Of a stretch of 64,000 bases of DNA, positions 8,889-18,700 are shown one piece after another. The notes below the pieces were generated by a model, which saw nothing but the letters and a program-made list of their open reading frames with translations, did not search any database and was not told the origin of the DNA. Made by a program: the position numbers and the translations under genes. How positions within the stretch are numbered: the first letter of the stretch is position 1; every line of letters starts with the position of its first letter. The stretch comes from Deltaproteobacteria bacterium (GTDB taxonomy: Bacteria > Myxococcota_A > Polyangia > Fen-1088): NCBI GenBank assembly GCA_033763315.1, contig JANRKS010000011.1, positions 188,493-252,492 of the forward strand, read 5' to 3'.

Positions 8889-10529
8889 ATGAGATCTATG
8901 TTTCTAGGGGCAGCTTTCGTCACCATCAGCGCGACCGCCGCGTCTGTTGGTGCAATAAACATTTCAGGGTCTGACACCCTGGAGCTTTTTACGGACCTCG
9001 TGTTGGCAGACCCTGCCTGTACGGGTGTTAGCTCGTTGAACTACGTTGGTGGCGGTTCCACCAAAGGCCAGAACGACACCGTTGCTGGCTTGCAGCAGGT
9101 AACGTCGATGTCCCGTTACCTCAACAGCACCGCGGCCGCCTGCGCTTCGTATCCTGAAGGCGAAGGCATCGTGGTTGCTCTTGATGGTTTGGCCGTTGTC
9201 GCCAACAAGGGCGAAGCTGCCGCTTGCGGAAACGCCTTGGCCACCAATAAGGTTTTGCCCAGCGGCTACACGTTGGGTGGCTGGCGCGACGCTTTGAGCA
9301 TCATCTACTTTGGCCGTCAAAAGGACAGCACAACGCGAGATTGCAACAGCGCCGTTCGTAACGAGCTGGTCAACAACTGGGGAAGCTTGTTCCAATCCGG
9401 TTGTGCGGGCGGGACGTGCACGAAGTTGAACCACGCTTGGCGTCGTTCTGACTTCTCGGGCACCACGGACGTGTTCGTGGCCTTGGTTTCCGCGAGCCAC
9501 CCGGGTGGCGGCGGCAGCCTTTCGATCCCGCTCAAGACGGGCTCAGGCGTGAACCCCTTCTGCAACTCCGCAACAACGGCGCAAGCCGGCGGCGTGTCTG
9601 ACTTCCAAGACAACGATCCGATTCGTCGCGACTGCACGAGCGATGAGCAGGTGTGCTCGATGCCCCTTTACAGCGGCTCGACGCTTTCCCGCAACGACAA
9701 GAAGCTGGGCTTGGTTCAGGTGATCTTCGTGCCTGAACTCAGCACCAACGCGGAAAACTACCCCACGCAAGCCTGTACGTTCGGCCAATGCCGCTTCTTG
9801 CTCACGGGTGCAACGGTTCTGAACTGTCCTAACGGCAAGTCGCAATTGTTCGGCAAGTGCTTCGGCCCTGTGCGCACCACGGGATTGCCCGCTGGTCAGT
9901 TCGATGCCTCTTGCATCAACCAACCGAACTTCACCTGCTTTGGCGCCACGCCTGGCCAAGATGGCCGTGCGTATAACCTGGCCGTTCGCAAGGCGGACGG
10001 AAAATACGTTGTGGACAAGGAAAACCGCCCCGTGTTTGGCGCTTACTTCCGCATCCACACAACTCAACAAACCATCAGCCCCACGGGCGTGATGACGTTG
10101 GGCACCCCGCTTTGCCGCGAAGACGATGCCACCCGCCAAATCGGCTGCTTGCCACAAGTTGACAAGTGCTCCATCGGCTTTGCTGGCCGCGAAGCAGAGT
10201 CCGCTGAATTGCGTCCTGACACCAAGGCGCTTTCGGTTGACGGCGTCTTCCCAACGCTTGAAAACGTTGAGTCGTTGGTCACGGGCGTTGGCCCACGTTA
10301 CCCATTGGCACGCAAGCTGTACTTCAACACCTTGAAGGGTTTTGGCGCCGTCACGGGTGAAGAAGCCAACTTGGCAGCATGTATGTCGAACAAGACGATC
10401 GTTGACCGCGCTGTCAACGCCTCGGGCTTCATTCCGCTGCCTGGCACCGCCTTGAAGTGCCAAGACAACGGCTGTGGCGCCGGCACCGGCTGCGAGAACA
10501 ACATCGCTCCGATTCCATCGGCTGAGTAG
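8889..10529 (+). CDS. Secreted Cys-rich PstS-like phosphate-binding-fold protein
   Basis: GGAGGAG RBS before ATG 8889; signal peptide; PstS-type motifs ISGSDT, GGGSTKG, MSR, VALDGLAVV, RRSDFSGTT, YPLARKLY; 22 Cys. Confidence 0.75.
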   Translation: MRSMFLGAAFVTISATAASVGAINISGSDTLELFTDLVLADPACTGVSSLNYVGGGSTKGQNDTVAGLQQVTSMSRYLNSTAAACASYPEGEGIVVALDGLAVVANKGEAAACGNALATNKVLPSGYTLGGWRDALSIIYFGRQKDSTTRDCNSAVRNELVNNWGSLFQSGCAGGTCTKLNHAWRRSDFSGTTDVFVALVSASHPGGGGSLSIPLKTGSGVNPFCNSATTAQAGGVSDFQDNDPIRRDCTSDEQVCSMPLYSGSTLSRNDKKLGLVQVIFVPELSTNAENYPTQACTFGQCRFLLTGATVLNCPNGKSQLFGKCFGPVRTTGLPAGQFDASCINQPNFTCFGATPGQDGRAYNLAVRKADGKYVVDKENRPVFGAYFRIHTTQQTISPTGVMTLGTPLCREDDATRQIGCLPQVDKCSIGFAGREAESAELRPDTKALSVDGVFPTLENVESLVTGVGPRYPLARKLYFNTLKGFGAVTGEEANLAACMSNKTIVDRAVNASGFIPLPGTALKCQDNGCGAGTGCENNIAPIPSAE

Positions 10530-10561
10530 TTGTTCCGTTCGTCTGCGCTTTGCAGATAGGT

Positions 10562-10601
10562 AGGGGCCCCCGGGCGGGAAAGCGACGGGGGCTTTTGCTT
10601 T
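10562..10601 (+). terminator. Rho-independent terminator
   Basis: GCCCCCG...CGGGGGC stem followed by TTTTGCTTT just after stop 10529. Confidence 0.7.
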
Positions 10602-10638
10602 GGTGCGGAGTCAAACTCCAGTGAGGCGCGCGCGTCGG

Positions 10639-10666
10639 TTGCTAAATCGTATTATTCCGATAATCT
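10639..10666 (+). promoter_or_regulatory. arsC promoter with putative ArsR operator
   Basis: TTGCTA-N16-TAATCT overlapping imperfect palindrome ATCGTATTATTCCGAT (10646..10661). Confidence 0.55.
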
Positions 10667-10673
10667 GGCGGCC

Positions 10674-11090
10674 ATGAAGAGCATTCTGTTTCTGTGTGTT
10701 GCCAACTCGGCGCGAAGCCAAATGGCAGAGGGTCTGGCGCGGTCCCTGTTCAGCAGTGACACTCTTGTGCAAAGCGCAGGCAGCGAGCCGTCGAAAGTGA
10801 ACCCGTATGCCATCGAAGTGATGCGTGAGCTTGGCCTGGATCTGACAACGCATCACTCGAAATCGGTTCAGTCGATAGATGCCGCCAAAGTCGACACCGT
10901 TATCACTCTGTGTGCCGAAGAGGTTTGCCCCGCATTCTTAGGTAAAGCCCGCCGCCTGCATTGGCCCATTCCTGATCCGGCCAGCAAAGACGCCTCGCTC
11001 CCGCGTGAGGAAATGTTGACGCGGTTCCGCACCGCTCGCGACAGGATTCGCGGAATGCTTGAGAAGTTCAAACAAGAAGAGGGCCTCTAG
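10674..11090 (+). CDS. arsC: Arsenate reductase, thioredoxin-dependent LMW-PTP type
   Basis: [32 protein letters not shown]; next to arsR and acr3. Confidence 0.92.
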   Translation: MKSILFLCVANSARSQMAEGLARSLFSSDTLVQSAGSEPSKVNPYAIEVMRELGLDLTTHHSKSVQSIDAAKVDTVITLCAEEVCPAFLGKARRLHWPIPDPASKDASLPREEMLTRFRTARDRIRGMLEKFKQEEGL

Positions 11091-11130
11091 TTGACGGGGA
11101 CGGCAGGTTTGCTAATCGTATATCTACGAT
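11091..11130 (+). promoter_or_regulatory. arsR promoter with palindromic ArsR operator
   Basis: TTGACG at 11091; perfect inverted repeat ATCGTA-TATC-TACGAT (11115..11130) overlapping the start codon. Confidence 0.6.
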
Positions 11131-11470
11131 GATAGAGCGCACCGAGGAGGCTTGTTGCCCCACCCCTAGTACGAAGCCCGACCTTCGTCCCGTGGAGGGC
11201 CCCGAAGCTGACGAAGAGCTGGCGGCGCTGGCTAAAGCGATCGGCCACCCGGCCCGCGTTCAGATCCTGCGGCTTCTGACCACGAAGTCCTCCTGCGTAT
11301 GCGGCGACATTGTGGATGAGTTGCCGCTGGCGCAATCAACGGTATCGCAACACCTTAAAGTTCTCAAGGAGGCCGGGCTTATCCGCGGCGACGTCGACGG
11401 CCCCCGCGTTTGTTACTGCATCGAGCCCCGTGCCCTGCGCCGGCTAAAGGTCCTGATCGCGGGAATGTGA
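11129..11470 (+). CDS. arsR: ArsR/SmtB family repressor
   Basis: [38 protein letters not shown]. Confidence 0.93.
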   Translation: MIERTEEACCPTPSTKPDLRPVEGPEADEELAALAKAIGHPARVQILRLLTTKSSCVCGDIVDELPLAQSTVSQHLKVLKEAGLIRGDVDGPRVCYCIEPRALRRLKVLIAGM

Positions 11471-11474
11471 ACAC

Positions 11475-12563
11475 ATGAACTCAAACGCCGGCCTTCTCAA
11501 AAAACTTTCGTTTCTTGATCGCTACCTAACGCTGTGGATCTTCCTTGCCATGGGGATTGGTGTGGCGCTGGGCTTCCTCGCGCCAGGCTTCACCCGCGCA
11601 CTGAACAGCATGAGCGTGGGAACCACTTCGATTCCAATCGCCATTGGCCTGGTTTTGATGATGTACCCGCCGCTTGCCAAGGTACGGTACGAAGAGCTGG
11701 GGAAGGTGTTTCGCAACAAACGCGTGTTGACCCTTTCTTTGGTCCAGAACTGGGTTATGGGCCCACTTCTGATGTTCGGCCTTGCGGTGATCTTTCTGCG
11801 CGACAAGCCCGAATACATGCTTGGCCTGATTTTGATCGGGCTGGCCCGCTGCATAGCGATGGTCATCGTCTGGAATGACTTGGCCAAGGGCGATACCGAA
11901 TACTGCGCGGGGCTGGTTGCCTTCAACTCGATCTTTCAGGTTCTCTTCTTTTCCGTGTACGCGTACTTCTTCGCGACGTTGTTACCCACATGGCTCGGCC
12001 TGCAAAGCGCGGTGGTAAACATCAGCATTTCAGAAATAGCAAAAAGCGTCGCCATCTATTTGGGTTTGCCGTTTGCCTTGGGCTTCTTGACGCGCAGGGT
12101 GCTTGTGCGGCTGAAAAGTCGCGAATGGTACGAAAAAAGTTTCATTCCGCGCATCAGCCCCATGACGCTGGCGTCGCTGCTGTTTACCATCGTCGTCATG
12201 TTTTCCCTCAAGGGCGAAACGATTGTGCAGCTTCCTTTCGATGTACTTCGCATAGCTGTGCCGTTGTTCATCTACTTCGTCGTGATGTTCGCAGTCTCGT
12301 TCTTCATGAGCCGCCGCGTAGGCGCTGACTACAAGCAAACGGTCACGCTTTCGTTCACTGCCGCGTCCAACAACTTCGAGCTAGCCATCGCCGTGGCGAT
12401 CGCCAGCTTCGGAATTCACAGCGGCGCGGCGTTCGCGGCCGTCATCGGCCCACTCGTCGAAGTGCCGGTGCTCATTGGCCTGGTGAATGTCGCCCTCTGG
12501 GCGCAGAAGCGCTACTTCCCCAAAGCGACCATCGCGGCGCCTGCGTGCCCGCTGCCAGGATAG
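11475..12563 (+). CDS. acr3: ACR3-family arsenite efflux transporter
   Basis: [48 protein letters not shown]. Confidence 0.95.
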   Translation: MNSNAGLLKKLSFLDRYLTLWIFLAMGIGVALGFLAPGFTRALNSMSVGTTSIPIAIGLVLMMYPPLAKVRYEELGKVFRNKRVLTLSLVQNWVMGPLLMFGLAVIFLRDKPEYMLGLILIGLARCIAMVIVWNDLAKGDTEYCAGLVAFNSIFQVLFFSVYAYFFATLLPTWLGLQSAVVNISISEIAKSVAIYLGLPFALGFLTRRVLVRLKSREWYEKSFIPRISPMTLASLLFTIVVMFSLKGETIVQLPFDVLRIAVPLFIYFVVMFAVSFFMSRRVGADYKQTVTLSFTAASNNFELAIAVAIASFGIHSGAAFAAVIGPLVEVPVLIGLVNVALWAQKRYFPKATIAAPACPLPG

Positions 12564-12601
12564 TCGCAATCATCTAACGACCTCAATCACGAGAGAACAA
12601 C

Positions 12602-13366
12602 ATGCTTTCACCTCTACGAACTCGAACATTCGGACATGCTTTTTTGCTCGCCGCTTTCGCAGGCACCTTCGCCGTCTCGGCAGGCTCCTTTTCGCTCGGC
12701 ATGCGAGCTCACGCCAAGACGGCGGCTGGCGAGGGAAAGGCGAAGCCAGTCCTGCTTCCTGCTTTGCAGAAGTACGTGCAGGCATTGCCTGCGGCCTTCG
12801 ATGCGATTCCAGCCGATCGCAAACCGCAGCTCGAAAAGCTCGCGCTGTTCATAAAGACACAACGAGACTCGGGGCAAACGGCGCGCCTGGTCTTCATTTG
12901 TACGCACAACTCACGGCGCAGCCACATGGGGCAACTGTTTGCCACGGCCGCCGCGGCCCACTATGGCATTGATCGGGTCGAATCGTTCTCAGGCGGAACT
13001 GAAGCCACGGCGTTCAACCCGCGCGCCGTTGCGGCGCTCAAACGTGCTGGCTTCTCCATCGACAATCCAAGCGGAGATAACCCTCACTACAAGGTGAAGT
13101 TCGCTGAAGAGCGTCCGGCGGTGGAAGCGTTCTCGAAAAAGTACGACGACGCCTTTAACCCTACCAAGGGTTTTGCGGCCATCATGACGTGTTCGCACGC
13201 CGACAAAAACTGCCCCACAGTTGCAGGCGCTTCCATTCGCGTTCCGGTTCACTACGAGGATCCAAAGGTGTCAGACGGGACGCCCGAGGAGGCGGCAACC
13301 TACGACGCCCGGGCCAAGCAAATCGCCACTGAACTCTTCTACGTTTTTTCACGCATCAAAGCGTAA
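12602..13366 (+). CDS. ArsC-like LMW-PTP-fold protein with predicted signal peptide
   Basis: FICTHNSRRSH and MTCSHADKNCP; N-terminal basic plus hydrophobic stretch ending AHA. Confidence 0.8.
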   Translation: MLSPLRTRTFGHAFLLAAFAGTFAVSAGSFSLGMRAHAKTAAGEGKAKPVLLPALQKYVQALPAAFDAIPADRKPQLEKLALFIKTQRDSGQTARLVFICTHNSRRSHMGQLFATAAAAHYGIDRVESFSGGTEATAFNPRAVAALKRAGFSIDNPSGDNPHYKVKFAEERPAVEAFSKKYDDAFNPTKGFAAIMTCSHADKNCPTVAGASIRVPVHYEDPKVSDGTPEEAATYDARAKQIATELFYVFSRIKA

Positions 13367-13370
13367 TGCC

Positions 13371-14651
13371 ATGTCTCCCTCGTTGTTCGAAGGGGCCAAT
13401 GCATGGCTTACGCAGTCACTGGGCTCCTCGACGGGCGTCTCGAGCTTCCTGCTGTTGATCGTGGCAGGCATCTTGGCCAGCTTGCTGCCGTGCGTGTATC
13501 CGCTTTATCCGATCACCGCCGCCTTTCTCTCGCGCCGTCAAAGCCGTTTAGGACGGTTGGCGCATCCGCTGGCGTATTACGCCGGATTGGCGCTCATCTA
13601 TTTCGCATTTGGAGTTGTCGCGTCCGTAACAGGCGGCAGTTTCAATGAAGTGCTTCGCCAGCCACTCGCGAATCTTCTCATTGGTGGATTGTTGCTGACC
13701 CTGGCACTCGCTACGGCGGGCCTGTTGCACTTCCCCGCGTTAACCAGCTCGAAGAAATCCGAGGGAAATGGCATTGGCAGCACGCTCTTGATGGGTGCAG
13801 GCGCTGGCCTCTTGTCAAGCGCGTGCGTGGGGCCCGTGGTTGTCAGTATCCTCGTCTCGATTGCAGCTAGCACCACTCGAATCTCGGCCGGCGTTGCGTT
13901 GCTGGCTGCTGTGAAGATGATGCTCTTTGGCCTGGGCGTGGGTCTTCCGTTCCTCCTCATTGGGGTCTTTGGTGTGGCCCTGCCGCGGTCAGGCATGTGG
14001 ATGGTGCGCGTGCAAAAGGTGTTTGGAGCGCTCATCGCGTGGTTTGCCACCGGGTATGTTTTCAAGGGCCTGGCCGGGTTTGGTTTCTCCAACCAGGCTT
14101 CTTGGGCCTTGGCAGGTGGAGCGTTGCTTGTGGTAGCCGCCGTCTTTTTCGCACAAGACGCCGCGGCGGTGGTTCACGAGCGAACAAAACGCGCGTTGCT
14201 CGCCCTTGCCGGGGTCATTGGGTTCTTTGTGATAGGCCGAACCCTCATGGCAGGGCAAGCCAGTGCGACGGCCATTCCAGCCACCGCAGCGTTGACCGAG
14301 ACACACGGAAACTTGGTGTGGCACCTAGATAAAACCGCTGCCTATGCGGCCGCTGCACAGTCCGGTAAACCCGTGTTTATCGATTTTCACGGAGATTGGT
14401 GCACCAACTGCAAGGCCTTCCAAGAAAAAGCGTTATCTGATCCAGCGTTGAATGCTGCGCTTGCAGCGGCAACGCTGCTCAAGGTGCGCGACAACACCAC
14501 GCTGTTCGAGCAATACCGCGAGGATCCCAGGTTTCCAGAATTGAAGGTGGGACTACCGTTCTTCCTGATCACGGATCCGAAGGAAGCGCTGCTCTACAAA
14601 ACGAGCGACTTCACGAAAACTTACGAGATGACGCTGTTCCTCAGCGAGTGA
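13371..14651 (+). CDS. DsbD/CcdA-like membrane electron transporter fused to C-terminal thioredoxin
   Basis: ASLLPCVYPLYPI, SACVGPVV, multiple TM helices, DFHGDWCTNCK; start at ATG 13371 just after upstream stop. Confidence 0.85.
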   Translation: MSPSLFEGANAWLTQSLGSSTGVSSFLLLIVAGILASLLPCVYPLYPITAAFLSRRQSRLGRLAHPLAYYAGLALIYFAFGVVASVTGGSFNEVLRQPLANLLIGGLLLTLALATAGLLHFPALTSSKKSEGNGIGSTLLMGAGAGLLSSACVGPVVVSILVSIAASTTRISAGVALLAAVKMMLFGLGVGLPFLLIGVFGVALPRSGMWMVRVQKVFGALIAWFATGYVFKGLAGFGFSNQASWALAGGALLVVAAVFFAQDAAAVVHERTKRALLALAGVIGFFVIGRTLMAGQASATAIPATAALTETHGNLVWHLDKTAAYAAAAQSGKPVFIDFHGDWCTNCKAFQEKALSDPALNAALAAATLLKVRDNTTLFEQYREDPRFPELKVGLPFFLITDPKEALLYKTSDFTKTYEMTLFLSE

Positions 14652-14718
14652 TCTGCGACTGAAAGGAGACGTCTGTCACCACCCCAGAGCCAGAGGAGAT
14701 GCCGACGGGCGTCGACCT

Positions 14719-15744
14719 TCACGCTGCCGGCGCTCCGGACGGAGGCAGTGTGACTGCAGGACGTTGCTTCAAGCAGCTGTCTAAACCGACTTGCAGCGCC
14801 TTCAAGTCAACGTGCGTGAACGGCAAGTCTGTACCGAGAGGTGCCAACAATTGTGAACGGCTAAGCACCATCCTGCGTACGCGGCCCTCAAGCGCTTGCA
14901 GAGGAACGCCACCCACACGGGTGTGAACCCACACTCGTGAATCTTCGCTGAAACCGCGGTTGTCACCCATCACGAAAACCTCGTTTGGAAGAACCGTATA
15001 GTTGGTGGCGAAGCTGTCTTCGGGAACCTTGATCGCCAAGAAGGTCTCTGCTCCCAGAAACTCAACCGCTATGCGGCCTACGATGAGTTGGCCGCTAAGC
15101 GCGTGAACGAACGAGCCCGCGTTGCAGCTGGGGACCTTCCAATCATTGATGGAAATGCTGCCCATGTGAATGCTGATGCGATCACCGGGCAAGCCGATCA
15201 CCCGCTTGACTAGATGGTTCATCTCGTTTGTCCGCCCCTTGGCCGAGAACACCACGACCTCGCCCCGCTTTGGCAGGGCAGGTGTTGCCTTGCTCCAAGG
15301 CAATGGCGCAAATGCCGATTTTTCTGTAAGGATGCGGTCGTCTGGCAGCAAGGTGGGCACCATCGACGTGCTCATCACTTGGTGAGACTCAACCACGCGG
15401 GCTCGCACAAACACGCTGACGGCTACGACAGCGACTGTCATGCCAACGAGCTTGACGTTCTGCAACGGCTTCGGCGCTTGCGCCTGTGGCTCAAGCGTGC
15501 CGCCACCTGGTAGGTACTTGCGCCAGTAGACCACAAGCCACGAGGTGGTGAGGAACACAAACACCGCTACGGGAACGTCGAGCGTATCGACTCGACGGGC
15601 GGCGGCACCAATCCAACCGTCCAAGCGGGCGGCGGAAGGCGAGGGCAGCAGCAAACGCATCGCCAGCAAAGTGGCCCCCGCGGGAACCACGATGCGCCAG
15701 AACACGCGCAAGAGGGCGCTCTTGATCCGATCCTTGGTCAACAT
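14719..15744 (-). CDS. lepB: Signal peptidase I (cluster-associated paralog)
   Basis: STSMVPTL, VKRVIGLPGD, FVMGDNRGFSEDSR; three N-terminal hydrophobic segments. Confidence 0.88.
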   Translation of the reverse strand: MLTKDRIKSALLRVFWRIVVPAGATLLAMRLLLPSPSAARLDGWIGAAARRVDTLDVPVAVFVFLTTSWLVVYWRKYLPGGGTLEPQAQAPKPLQNVKLVGMTVAVVAVSVFVRARVVESHQVMSTSMVPTLLPDDRILTEKSAFAPLPWSKATPALPKRGEVVVFSAKGRTNEMNHLVKRVIGLPGDRISIHMGSISINDWKVPSCNAGSFVHALSGQLIVGRIAVEFLGAETFLAIKVPEDSFATNYTVLPNEVFVMGDNRGFSEDSRVWVHTRVGGVPLQALEGRVRRMVLSRSQLLAPLGTDLPFTHVDLKALQVGLDSCLKQRPAVTLPPSGAPAA

Positions 15745-15761
15745 GGCGTATCGACTTTCCG

Positions 15762-18700
15762 CTAGGGCAATTCTTCGCAGCGGTTGTATTCAGGTTTTGG
15801 TCTGCTCGCTCCCTTGAGGAACTGGTCTAGGTAAGCAAACACAGCGAAGCCTGCATTGGCCGCCCCGCGCGTGGCCCAGATCTTTCGATCCACGAAGTCC
15901 GGTTGATCGCCCCCTCGGATAACCTTTAGCTGAGAGCTTGCGCGGGCGTCGAACCACGATTGAGGACACTCAGGAATGGTTGCGCCCTCGACGCCAGCCA
16001 ATGGGTTCTTCTTCATGAACTCATTGAAGAAGGGCCGCTCGGCGGCCGAGGGTGGTGCGATGCACATCGGGAAGTGGTTGTCTTTTGTGATTCCCGTTTG
16101 CACACGACCCTCGTGGTCGAGAACTTTGGCGTCGGCCGGGAAGGTGTTCGCAAAGAAGAGCGAACTTGCTGGATCGATAGACAAGCTTTCGAGTTTTGAG
16201 TCCGCGGTCCACGCGCCCTGCTTGATCACCACACGAACCACCGGTTTGTTGCCCAGCGAGCAAAGCTTCAGCCACATATCAGCGTCACCGTTGCGGGAGA
16301 TCAGCGCTGTCTGCTGGCTCCAGTTGATGCGACCCTTCGAGAACACATTGTTCAGCGACCCAGCTTGATCTTCCGCATTGGCCGTCAACACTTGCAAACA
16401 AAGGTCGTAGGCAAGTTTCAGCATGTTTGGGCTGCCGACCTGTGCCAGCTTGTTGGGCGCACGCTGTTCGCCCAAAACGCCCGTGACGGACACGATGCTC
16501 AGCAAGCTTGGCGGCAAGCTTCGTTCGGTGCCACCAAGAGCCATCCACGATAAGTATCGAGCTGCCCAATCCTCCGGCGTTGCCGTGGGCGTTGCCACAG
16601 GCATGAAAACCTTTTGTCGATTGCCACCGGCTCCTGTGATCGGGCCAAACAAACCAGACTTGAAGTTCGCGACGCGTGCTTCGCCGCCCGTCATATCCAG
16701 AATGGCCTGTGCCAAGATGCCTGCTGAATCGGCTTGGGGGCCGTGGCAGTTCCGGCAGATCGTGTTGAAGATGGCTTCGCCCGGCCGTTGCATGTAGAGC
16801 GAGGCCTCTGCGGGCGTGCGGCTATCCACCACCCACGAAGGTCGCGCGGTGGCGGGTAAAGATCCCACCTTTGGCACCGATGCCAACTTCGCCGCACATG
16901 CCGGCTTTTCGGCCCACACGCCCAACGGCACTTCGGTAAGCGCGTAGTTTCGTAGCTCGTCGGTCATTCGCACTTCTTTTAGGACATCGGCGACAAACTT
17001 CTGGTTGTCCGGGCCCATGCCATCGACAAGTACCTTCTTCCAAGCACCGTTGCGCGGCGACCAATCGCCCGGCGCCTCGGTCAGATCGGTTGCGAGGAAA
17101 TGGGCCCGATCGGGAACGGCGTCGCGAGGCAGAACGACGTTTTCCTGATCGTCTTTGAGCTCCAGATCGGCGGGAACCAAGGGCGCACCAGGCGCGCCGT
17201 TAATTCGGCGATCCACGATGTCCTGATCCGGGGGGCAATAGTTGTTCTTCTGACTGGCTTCCCATTCAGCCAAACGATCTGCAGCGCGCTGCTCGATCCT
17301 TGTCCAATCAGGATCCGTCGGCAGGGCCTCCTCATAGGGTTGAGGTTCGGTGTCGAAGGGCGTTTGAACGTTCTCAAACGTCACGCCAGGAACGATCCAT
17401 TCGTTGATTTGCGGTCGCTTTCGCTTGGCCGGTATGCTCACCATCCATTTGGCCATCAGACGTGGGGCGCGGCAGTCGAAACTCGTCGAATGCATGGGCA
17501 TGTGCGGGAAGATTGCGAAATCGTCCGCGTAGGTAAAGGGTGTGTCGACGTTACGGTAAAGCAGGCTCCTCCAGGGCGCATGCATGTGCACCACCCATGT
17601 TGACTTGCCAACACACTGTGCGCTTTCAGGGTTGATCAAACAATTGGTCCACTTCGGAATCCAGTTGGCTGTGGGCGCTTCGCTTACAGGGTATTCTGTC
17701 AATGAGGGCGTGATGTACGGCATGGGGATGTCTTGCCCCGCACCGCGCTTGCGAACCTTGCTGTAGCGTTCAAGCGGGAACTGAAAGATGCCGCCATTGT
17801 CTTTACGAGGCAGAAAGTCCAAGGCTTCCTTGAGTTCGGGGTTCTTCGAAGGAAATCCCCGTGGGTTGTGGCAGTGCGCGCAGTTACCCAGAATGTATGC
17901 CTGAGCATTAAGTTCGTGTTGGTTGCGGGGCTTGCGAGCGCCTTGTGAGTCTTCAAGCAACGTGACTTCAGACGGTGACGTGATGCCGGTAATGATGCCG
18001 TAATCTATGAGCCGTTGAAGTTGGTTCACTTCGTCGGCGCCTGTGTGCTCATAGGTTCCACCCGTGCCATCAGCGCGGCGGTTCACTTGCAAGGGCGAGA
18101 AGCCAAGAACGAAGGAGCTCAGAGCCTGGCCGCCCATGTGGCAGTCAATGCAGCGTTGGCTCCCCGGAACCGCGTAATGGCGAAGGAGATCCGGGTTCTC
18201 CTCGTTGAGCGCGAAGCTCAGGTTCGCGGGCTTGCTATCGATGATCTTTTTGGCTTTGGGTTCGTCTTGCACATACGTGAGCAGACGATCGCGGAAGGGT
18301 TGACCATTGCGCAAAGGATCGCGCAGCAACTCTGCCTTGCTTTCATCGTCGTTCCAAAGATACGTACCGAACAACGAATTGATCTTGATGGTGCCATCCG
18401 GCGCCACGGTGTCTGGCCTTGATACGATCACGCGCGTTTCAATTTTGCGGTAGCTTTCTTTGCCGGAAAGATCGATGACCTTCTTCAAGAAGGTTTTGTA
18501 GAACCTGGTGTTGGTGGGAATCTCAAACTCTTGAAGATCTTTGTTGAACTTCACAGATTGACCCCGCGGGACGCGGATGTAGCGAAGTTTTCCGGCCGAG
18601 TCGGTCCATAAAGGGTACGTTGGGACGTAAGCCACGAGGCCTCGCTGTGCAAGCTCCGCGCTGTCGAAGCTCGTTAGGTCCGTTTGATCGAGCGTCTCCG

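Noticed and set aside
8889-10529. Annotation as canonical pstS of a phosphate ABC transporter
   Set aside because: No pstC/A/B or phoU in the window; size and 22 Cys are atypical, so no gene symbol given
10602-14718. ars region as a transposon or integrative element
   Set aside because: No transposase, integrase, terminal inverted repeats or target duplication seen
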